DNA of 4,719 nt from a virus. Lineage: Duplodnaviria; Heunggongvirae; Uroviricota; Caudoviricetes. The stretch lies in IMG/VR virus record IMGVR_UViG_2778261151_000015; one strand, given 5' to 3'. Numbering within the stretch: position 1 is the first letter of the stretch; each line of letters begins with the position of its first letter. Of the stretch, positions 1 to 4,719 are shown piece by piece. The translations under genes and the position numbers were made by a program. The notes under the pieces are model-generated. The model was not told the DNA's origin. It saw nothing but the letters and a program-made list of their open reading frames with translations, and did not search any database.

Positions 1-74
1 CCCGTAACGCCTCTGCCACGCGCGTAACGTGACAGGGATTAAAGGTAAACCAATTGATTTTGCAAGTTTTTATT
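1..74. other. Region downstream of int: possible att-proximal arm region (speculative)
   Basis: By the lambdoid convention int is transcribed toward attL, so the attachment site should lie here or just outside the window. Contains a 7-bp direct repeat CGTAACG (3-9 and 23-29) and an 8-bp palindrome ACGCGCGT (18-25). No tRNA-like structure recognised. Confidence 0.2.
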
Positions 75-1361
75 TTACCCCGCTTTCTTATGGGGCATGC
101 ATGGGACACTTTCAGATAGTCTTCTGTTAAGAAGTTCTATCTGTTCGTGATTGTTGTCTTTCATCCATGCTCCGTAAACATTGAATACCATTTGTGCGTT
201 TGTGTGGCCCATCTGGCTTGCGATAAAACTAGGATTAGCTCCTGCGGCAAGTGACCAGCATGCATAGGTATGCCTGGATTGATACGATTTTCTGTGTCTC
301 AGACCTGCGCGTTTTAAGATACTTGTCCATGACTCCCTGATGGAGTCAACCTTATAGTGCGGTCCGGAAAACTGCCGCTGTTTTATTACCTGAGGACTAA
401 AAACAAAAGTGCATTTATGCACAGCAGTTCTCCCATATTCCCTCTGCTTTACCTCTACAGAATGTTGCTTTCCAAGCATAGTCATTTCTGCCTGGCTTTT
501 AAGAGCATCAATAGCTGGTTGAACCAGATGAATTGTCCTTCCGGTGCCAGCATCGGTTTTTGGTGGAGTGAATTCGCCAAGTTTTGTATAATTCCTACGG
601 ATGGTTATAGTCCTTGCTTTAAGGTCGATATCTTCCCATGCCAGCGATACCAACTCCCCGTGACGAATACCCGTGTATACAGCGAGAATCCACAGGTTTT
701 TTGTTTGTTGATGACGGCAAGCCTCAATAAAACGAATAAATTCGTCACGGGTGAGTGGATCTGGTTTTACCTTGGACTTTTTTAAGGGGGCCAGACCGTT
801 AAATGGGTTTCCTGAGGTATAACCATTATCTGTTGCAAATTGAAACATTCCAGCTATGGTTGTCATATAGTAGTTTACCGTGACCACTGAGCGCCCTTTT
901 ATGGAAGAAGTCTTTCCATTAGAAAGCTTTTGGTAACCGGTCAACAAATCTCTCCTTACGAAAAGTAAATCCTCTTTTGTTATGGATGAAACCAGTTTTT
1001 TTTCACCTAACATTGGTAACATGTTTTTAATTACTGACTGGTAACGGTTAAGTGCATTCGCACAAATCTCAATTTTCTTAAGGTCCAACCATTTTTCCGA
1101 AAGTGCCTTAACGGTTATCTCTCTTTTTCCCAGACCAAAGTGTTTCAGGTTAGGGGAATTAGGGAACTGCGCGGCGTAGTCGAAACTCCCCATTCTGATT
1201 GCAAAACAAACGGAAGTGCGAAGTTCACCAGCGATCTTCCGGTTTTTGGCTGTGTCAGGAACACCGAGGTTTTCTCTGACACGTTTGCCGTTATAGTGAA
1301 ACCATATGCGTAGTGATCCGCCATGGTTTTCAACGCCTGTCGGGTATGATGCGTTACTCAT
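75..1361 (-). CDS. int: Phage-type tyrosine recombinase (integrase), Rac/IntR-like family
   Basis: 428-aa ORF with ATG at 1361-1359 and SD GGGAGG 5 nt upstream. N-terminal arm-binding-like region (MSNASYPTGVENHGGSLRIWFHYNGKRVRENLG) and C-terminal catalytic region with conserved Arg (YTGIRHGEL), HxxR-type motif (SRHTYACW) and a tyrosine-containing tail (NAQMVFNVYGAW). Resemblance to Rac-type IntR is from memory. Sits directly downstream of an excisionase-like gene. Confidence 0.9.
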   Translation of the reverse strand: MSNASYPTGVENHGGSLRIWFHYNGKRVRENLGVPDTAKNRKIAGELRTSVCFAIRMGSFDYAAQFPNSPNLKHFGLGKREITVKALSEKWLDLKKIEICANALNRYQSVIKNMLPMLGEKKLVSSITKEDLLFVRRDLLTGYQKLSNGKTSSIKGRSVVTVNYYMTTIAGMFQFATDNGYTSGNPFNGLAPLKKSKVKPDPLTRDEFIRFIEACRHQQTKNLWILAVYTGIRHGELVSLAWEDIDLKARTITIRRNYTKLGEFTPPKTDAGTGRTIHLVQPAIDALKSQAEMTMLGKQHSVEVKQREYGRTAVHKCTFVFSPQVIKQRQFSGPHYKVDSIRESWTSILKRAGLRHRKSYQSRHTYACWSLAAGANPSFIASQMGHTNAQMVFNVYGAWMKDNNHEQIELLNRRLSESVPCMPHKKAG

Positions 1362-1394
1362 TAAACCTCCCAGACGTCCAGGAGCATTAACAGG

Positions 1395-1649
1395 TTAACC
1401 GGAACTTGCATTTTTGGCACCTGGTTGTTTCTGGTTTTCGATCCATCGCATAATTTCTTCGATGTTGTACAGGCATTCACTGTAATGCCCTGGATCACCT
1501 TCTACAGCGTAATGACGGTATTCTTTTCCCTGCATCCATGACTTTCTTCTGGCCCGCTCGATGGTGCCAGGCTTTAGCCCTGTTGATGCAATGAGGACTC
1601 TCTCTGTACACCATTTGCTGGGGGTTATCTGATAGATGATTGTCTGCAT
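1395..1649 (-). CDS. xis: Excisionase-like / recombination directionality factor (putative)
   Basis: 84-aa ORF immediately upstream of int (33-bp gap), basic and small, with a helix-turn-helix-like segment (GLKPGTIERARRKSWMQGKEY). SD GAGG 5 nt before the ATG. Call is based on position and size more than on strong sequence identity. Confidence 0.65.
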   Translation of the reverse strand: MQTIIYQITPSKWCTERVLIASTGLKPGTIERARRKSWMQGKEYRHYAVEGDPGHYSECLYNIEEIMRWIENQKQPGAKNASSG

Positions 1650-1667
1650 GCCAACCTCATAAAACTT

Positions 1668-1802
1668 TCATCCACGGCAGTGGCACCAGACCTCAAACAT
1701 TCGTTTCACAATTTCACGACAGTAGAAACCGTCAACATCTCGCGTCAGGTCGTAGTGGTTGCCGTAACGCTGGTGGACCCATAGCTCAAACGCTTTATTC
1801 AT
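1668..1802 (-). CDS. Small hypothetical protein (44 aa), His/Cys-rich
   Basis: Hand-translated from the minus strand: MNKAFELWVHQRYGNHYDLTRDVDGFYCREIVKRMFEVWCHCRG. Below the ORF-track length cutoff. Strong SD (AAGGAAG, 6-nt spacer) before the ATG at 1802-1800, and it exactly fills the gap between the upstream gene stop (1806-1808) and xis. Confidence 0.5.
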   Translation of the reverse strand: MNKAFELWVHQRYGNHYDLTRDVDGFYCREIVKRMFEVWCHCRG

Positions 1803-1805
1803 TTT

Positions 1806-2048
1806 TTACTTCCTTTGCATTGCGCGTAATTTCTTCAGGTGCTTTTCTTGTTCTGTTTCAGCCAGAATCTTGTGATATTCCAGGTGGTCAATATGCTCGA
1901 ACAGGCTACTGAATTCACCGATGCGTACTCGCCCGGTACGTCCGTCCATCCTCCGAAAGAACACTGAGTGCTCAGTACTGCGAGTAATTTCTACTGGGTA
2001 TCCGGCTCTGTCTGTGTATATCTGCCCGCGTTGAATCAAAGCGAACAT
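1806..2048 (-). CDS. Hypothetical phage protein (80 aa from ATG; track ORF extends to a TTG at 2084)
   Basis: Same frame as track ORF 1806..2084, whose first codon is TTG. First ATG is at 2048-2046, 4 nt after the stop of the upstream micro-ORF, with a GGGGA SD-like sequence upstream. Product MFALIQRGQIYTDRAGYPVEITRSTEHSVFFRRMDGRTGRVRIGEF... has no family I can name confidently. Confidence 0.55.
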   Translation of the reverse strand: MFALIQRGQIYTDRAGYPVEITRSTEHSVFFRRMDGRTGRVRIGEFSSLFEHIDHLEYHKILAETEQEKHLKKLRAMQRK

Positions 2049-2052
2049 GTGG

Positions 2053-2175
2053 TTATCCCCATCGACAAATCGAGTACACAACAAACGCTACTGCGAATAC
2101 CATCCCCAGAGTTACGATTGCATCAGGCCAGCTCATTGATTCACCTCCTGCGGCGTCCTGGTATTCGATTTTCAT
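2053..2175 (-). CDS. Small hydrophobic membrane peptide (40 aa from ATG 2175; alternative 27-aa start at ATG 2136)
   Basis: Hand-translated: MKIEYQDAAGGESMSWPDAIVTLGMVFAVAFVVYSICRWG. ATG at 2175-2173 overlaps the TGA of the clamp-like gene (ATGA). The internal ATG at 2136 has a near-consensus SD (AGGAGGT, 6-nt spacer). One predicted TM helix (AIVTLGMVFAVAFVVYSI). Confidence 0.45.
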   Translation of the reverse strand: MKIEYQDAAGGESMSWPDAIVTLGMVFAVAFVVYSICRWG

Positions 2176-2741
2176 TCCGGATGCTCCTGAGCCACGTTGA
2201 AATCGCCATGATCACGACAAGGCATCACAACAAATTCAGGATTGCCATACATTGAGTTGATGATGGAATCAAACTGAATTCTGACCGCTTGCCCGTCACC
2301 GGAGGGACGTAACTGGACGGGAATAAATTTACGCTCACGACCAAACATCTTCTCTGGATAACTCAGGTAACCCGCCTGGAGCACCGGGTGAGTACAGCGG
2401 TCAAACTTTTTCGGAATGATGCGATCCAAATCCGGAAAACAACCGTCCACCAGTTTAATGCCGGTAATGGACAGTCGTCGCTGAAACTGGTCGCGATGAA
2501 CAGCGATCGGCTCTTTACTAAAAATCAGCTCTGTCGTTTCGGCTTTGGCCGGGACGCCCCCTTCGAACTGGACAATGATGTTTTTCTTCGTCCGGATGCC
2601 GTGAGCCATGCGCAGTGCCACGGAACCATTGGTTGCCTCAATATGTTTCGGCGTGATGTGAAGACCGTTCAGGTAATAACGAACGTCGTTTTTAGCAGCG
2701 CACACCAGAGCGGCGCGAATAAGTTTTGACTGGATGATCAT
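2172..2741 (-). CDS. DnaN-like protein: truncated DNA polymerase III beta sliding-clamp homologue (189 aa)
   Basis: Motifs match E. coli DnaN domains II-III as I recall them: DVRYYLNGLHI (DnaN DVRYYLNGMLF), KLVDGCFPDLDRIIPKK (DnaN KLVDGRFPDYRRVLPKN), C-terminal EFVVMPCR (DnaN AYVVMPMRL). About half the length of DnaN (366 aa). ATG at 2741-2739 overlaps the stop of the upstream gene; SD GGGAGG 7 nt upstream. Confidence 0.75.
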   Translation of the reverse strand: MIIQSKLIRAALVCAAKNDVRYYLNGLHITPKHIEATNGSVALRMAHGIRTKKNIIVQFEGGVPAKAETTELIFSKEPIAVHRDQFQRRLSITGIKLVDGCFPDLDRIIPKKFDRCTHPVLQAGYLSYPEKMFGRERKFIPVQLRPSGDGQAVRIQFDSIINSMYGNPEFVVMPCRDHGDFNVAQEHPE

Positions 2742-3487
2742 GCTTTATCCTCCCATCCGATCACCTGGAAAAGCCCCATCTTCGGGTGATACCAGCGTGT
2801 GCCGCGTGGTTCAGCCTCTGACATCATTTGGTGGAACGCCGCCATAAATGGCTCAAGCTCGACGATAGCCCTGCGAGACAACAGACCGTCCGGAGTCATG
2901 AATTCGTGGGTGTCTGTAGGAATTTGATATGCGTTCACCAGATTCCGACACTTGGCGTCACTCATTCCACTTTTGGCTACCACCTGGCGGTAACCGACAT
3001 ATCCGGCGCGCATTGTGCCGCGTTTGATGTTCTCCACAGCTTTGGTGACCGTTTCGATCTTCTTTTCAACATGACTCAGGCGCTTTTGCTGGCGAACGGC
3101 ATCGGCGGCCATTGCAGCGATCATCTCCATTTCCGTCAGCGGCGCGTGAGTTCGGAAATAGCTGTTAACCAGTTCGCGCTGAACCTGCCAGGCCAGATCG
3201 TCGGTGAAGGATTTCACCAACATCAAATAACCGGATTCGACCAGTACAATTCCTGCTGCTGCAAATTTTGAGAAAGTACCGTCAGGGAGGTGTCGACGAA
3301 TTTCGTCGGAACCTAATTCGAAGTAGTCTTCCCCTTCAATAAGACGAGACTTGTTTTCGCGGAAATTGCGTCCCGCTGTTCCGTCCGGGCGTTGGTGCAC
3401 TTCATCAATCATCGCCAGCGTCACCACGCGCTGACCGCGATATTCGATTACCGGAAACTGTTTGTTGTTGATGGTTACAGTATTCAT
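2738..3487 (-). CDS. ORF6N-domain phage protein (putative antirepressor/regulatory protein), 249 aa from ATG 3487
   Basis: N-terminus MNTVTINNKQFPVIEYRGQRVVTLAMIDEVHQRPDGTAGRNFRENKSRLIEGEDYFEL fits the ORF6N pattern (…IEY.GQ.V.T…NF..NK.RFIEG.HYF.L). Track ORF starts at a GTG (3562) that would overlap the upstream gene by 32 nt; the ATG at 3487 has a GGAG SD and is preferred. C-terminal ~150 aa has no family I recognise. Confidence 0.7.
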   Translation of the reverse strand: MNTVTINNKQFPVIEYRGQRVVTLAMIDEVHQRPDGTAGRNFRENKSRLIEGEDYFELGSDEIRRHLPDGTFSKFAAAGIVLVESGYLMLVKSFTDDLAWQVQRELVNSYFRTHAPLTEMEMIAAMAADAVRQQKRLSHVEKKIETVTKAVENIKRGTMRAGYVGYRQVVAKSGMSDAKCRNLVNAYQIPTDTHEFMTPDGLLSRRAIVELEPFMAAFHQMMSEAEPRGTRWYHPKMGLFQVIGWEDKA

Positions 3488-3502
3488 TTTTATCTCCAGA
3501 CA

Positions 3503-3525
3503 GCCCGGCGTGTAATACCGGGCAT
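3503..3525 (-). other. Intergenic GC-rich stem-loop (GCCCGG / 9-nt loop / CCGGGC) between SPFH gene and ORF6N gene
   Basis: Perfect 6-bp inverted repeat in the 43-bp gap between the stop at 3531 and the preferred start at 3487. No U-tract follows on the mRNA strand, so it is not a canonical intrinsic terminator; possibly a processing or stability element, or a partial attenuator. Confidence 0.35.
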
Positions 3526-3530
3526 ATGTA

Positions 3531-4361
3531 TTACTTAACCTGAATAAATGGTGTGTTGGCACCGCTGGTCATGTACTGCGGCAGTGTGCCGTTCCATTTA
3601 TTGATGGCTTCCAGCTCCATAACACCGGGGTTCTGGCGCAGAGCTTCACCGCGTAAACGAATTGCATCGGCTTCGGCCTGGGCTTTTGTGCGAATCGCAT
3701 CAGCCTGTCCGGCAGCTTCTGCACGCAGCATGTTGGCTTCTGCTTCGCGTTGTTTAACTTCCTGCTCGCGTTGCAGTGTTTTCTGGTTTGCCGTGACTTT
3801 GGCGTTAATGCTGTCGATAACGGTTGGTGGGTACTCTGGCTTACCCACATATGAGAGGCTCATTACCTGAATACCGATGGGTGTCATTTCTTCCTGGATG
3901 TCTTTTAGAGCGGCATCCAGTAATTCAGATTTACCGCCGTCAATAAATTTGTCGGTGGTCATTTTGCTGGCCAGCCGATTGAGTGCGTCGGCGATCTTCT
4001 GGCGCAGGTCTGTATCGGTAATGTCATCCACGCCTTTGCGGTAGGTCTGAAATACCGTGGTAACTTTCGATGGATCAACCTTATAGGCCACGCCGATGTG
4101 ATAACCGATGGTTGTGCCGTCGCTCATCTGGAAGCTGAATGGATCATCGTAGATCTTCATTTGTTTGAAGGTCGGGAAAATGTAAACTTCAGTATTCCAG
4201 CCAGTCCAGTAGCGACCAACACCGACCACCTCACCGACACCTTTGTCGTCGCCCAGTTTGTTGACTTTGATACCCACATTACCTGGTTCAACGCGATCGC
4301 AACCTACAAGTCCGAAGACAGCCAGACTGACCGCGAAAACAAGCGCAATTGTTTTTTTCAT
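3531..4361 (-). CDS. SPFH (band 7 / prohibitin / flotillin-like) domain lipoprotein
   Basis: 276-aa ORF. N-terminal lipoprotein signal with lipobox (MKKTIALVFAVSLAVFGLVG|C). Central SPFH-like region followed by a Glu/Ala-rich coiled-coil (REQEVKQREAEANMLRAEAAGQADAIRTKAQAEADAIRLRGEA) typical of HflK/HflC/flotillin-type proteins. ATG at 4361-4359 overlaps the TGA of the upstream small ORF (ATGA). Confidence 0.8.
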   Translation of the reverse strand: MKKTIALVFAVSLAVFGLVGCDRVEPGNVGIKVNKLGDDKGVGEVVGVGRYWTGWNTEVYIFPTFKQMKIYDDPFSFQMSDGTTIGYHIGVAYKVDPSKVTTVFQTYRKGVDDITDTDLRQKIADALNRLASKMTTDKFIDGGKSELLDAALKDIQEEMTPIGIQVMSLSYVGKPEYPPTVIDSINAKVTANQKTLQREQEVKQREAEANMLRAEAAGQADAIRTKAQAEADAIRLRGEALRQNPGVMELEAINKWNGTLPQYMTSGANTPFIQVK

Positions 4362-4546
4362 TTTTCCCTCCCGGGGAAAGAAAGACCCTTATAAATGGCA
4401 TAAATGCAGGGCGGGGTCAGACACGCCAGAGCAAAGCCAGAAATCACTGCTACCGTATCCTTCATTGATATGAGGGCCGGAACGATTAATCCGTAAATAC
4501 ATGCGATAATTGCCAGTGATATAACTATTCTGAAATAAATGTTCAT
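4358..4546 (-). CDS. Small two-TM membrane protein (62 aa), partner of the SPFH lipoprotein
   Basis: Two hydrophobic helices (FRIVISLAIIACIYGLIVPALIS and VAVISGFALACLTPPCIYAIY) separated by a short polar loop. SD AGGAGG just upstream of the ATG at 4546-4544. Stop overlaps the SPFH start. Confidence 0.6.
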   Translation of the reverse strand: MNIYFRIVISLAIIACIYGLIVPALISMKDTVAVISGFALACLTPPCIYAIYKGLSFPGREK

Positions 4547-4572
4547 GGTCCTCCTGATGTATTCGGCTTGCC

Positions 4573-4595
4573 GGTAATGACTCCAACTTACTGAT
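4573..4595. repeat. IS1 terminal inverted repeat (IRR)
   Basis: GGTAATGACTCCAACTTACTGAT matches the ~23-bp IS1 right inverted repeat with one substitution relative to the K-12 copy as recalled. Confidence 0.8.
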
Positions 4596-4719
4596 AGTGT
4601 TTTATGTTCAGATAATGCCCGATGACCTTGTCATGCAGCTCCACCGATTTTGAGAACGACAGTGACTTCCGTCCCAGCCTTGCCAGATGTTGTCTCAGAT
4701 TCAGATTATGTCGCTCAAT
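4588..4719 (-). CDS. insB: IS1 transposase InsB, C-terminal fragment (partial; 5' end outside window)
   Basis: Minus-strand translation from the window edge gives [43 protein letters not shown], matching the known InsB C-terminus. Stop TAA at 4590-4588, immediately inside the IRR. Confidence 0.8.

Larger units (their letters stand above)
4573..4719 (-). mobile_element. IS1 insertion sequence, right end (IRR plus 3' end of insB); continues beyond the window
   Basis: Near-identical (a handful of substitutions) to the reverse complement of the canonical IS1 right end as I recall it: GGTAATGACTCCAACTTA(C)TGATAGTGTTTTATGTTCAGATAATGCCCGATGAC...GAGAACGACAG...CTCAGATTCAG. Terminal inverted repeat starts at 4573. 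Confidence 0.85.

Noticed and set aside
1-74. tRNA 3' end or tRNA gene as integration target
   Set aside because: No cloverleaf-compatible pairing, no CCA-proximal acceptor stem and no T-loop GTTCRANNC-like motif recognised in this segment.
357-785. Plus-strand 142-aa ORF
   Set aside because: Lies entirely antisense within the integrase gene, has no convincing RBS and gives a low-complexity product; typical shadow ORF.
1145-1333. Minus-strand 62-aa ORF inside int in another frame
   Set aside because: Fully nested out of frame within the well-supported integrase CDS.
1640-1912. Plus-strand 90-aa ORF
   Set aside because: Antisense to the 44-aa and 80-aa minus-strand genes; no RBS; Arg/Ser/Gly-rich product typical of reverse-frame translation.
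1806-2084. Long form (92 aa, TTG start) of the hypothetical protein
   Set aside because: The first codon is TTG and the extension would overlap the micro-peptide ORF; the ATG at 2048 is more plausible, though not proven.
1968-2255. Plus-strand 95-aa ORF
   Set aside because: Antisense to the micro-peptide and the clamp-like gene start; breaks the otherwise uniform minus-strand operon.
2388-2729. Plus-strand 113-aa ORF
   Set aside because: Nested antisense inside the DnaN-like CDS, which has clear homology motifs.
2828-3271. Plus-strand 147-aa ORF
   Set aside because: Nested antisense inside the ORF6N-domain CDS.
2738-3562. Long form (274 aa, GTG start) of the ORF6N protein
   Set aside because: Requires a GTG start and a 32-nt overlap with the upstream gene; the internal ATG at 3487 has a proper SD and lies just after an intergenic hairpin.
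3553-3870. Plus-strand 105-aa ORF and the minus-strand 93-aa ORF at 3569..3850
   Set aside because: Both overlap the SPFH lipoprotein CDS in alternative frames; Ala/Ser/Arg-rich products consistent with translating the EA-rich coiled-coil region out of frame.
4098-4473. Plus-strand ORFs 4098..4394 and 4243..4473
   Set aside because: Antisense to the SPFH lipoprotein and the two-TM protein; no RBS.
4389-4586. Minus-strand 65-aa ORF
   Set aside because: Alternative frame overlapping the two-TM protein gene and running into the IS1 inverted repeat; the in-frame two-TM ORF with an AGGAGG SD is the better model.
1-4719. CRISPR array or other tandem repeats
   Set aside because: No regularly spaced direct repeats of 20-40 bp anywhere in the window.

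Overview
The window reads as the integrase-proximal end of an enterobacterial lambdoid-type prophage or integrative element, interrupted at its right edge by an IS1 copy. All credible genes lie on the minus strand and tile the window as one tightly packed operon running from high to low coordinates: IS1 end (4573-4719), a 62-aa two-TM protein, an SPFH/flotillin-like lipoprotein, an ORF6N-domain protein, a half-size DnaN (beta-clamp)-like protein, a ~27-40 aa hydrophobic peptide, two small unknown proteins, an excisionase-like protein and a tyrosine integrase. Three stop/start overlaps of the ATGA type are visible (4358-4361, 2738-2741, 2172-2175), arguing for translational coupling. The most promising candidates for an undescribed system are the membrane pair (2-TM protein plus SPFH lipoprotein) immediately downstream of the IS1 end, and the truncated sliding-clamp homologue with its coupled micro-peptide. 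All family assignments rest on motifs I recognise by eye in the translations; no database search was run. Plus-strand ORFs in the track are antisense shadows of these genes.
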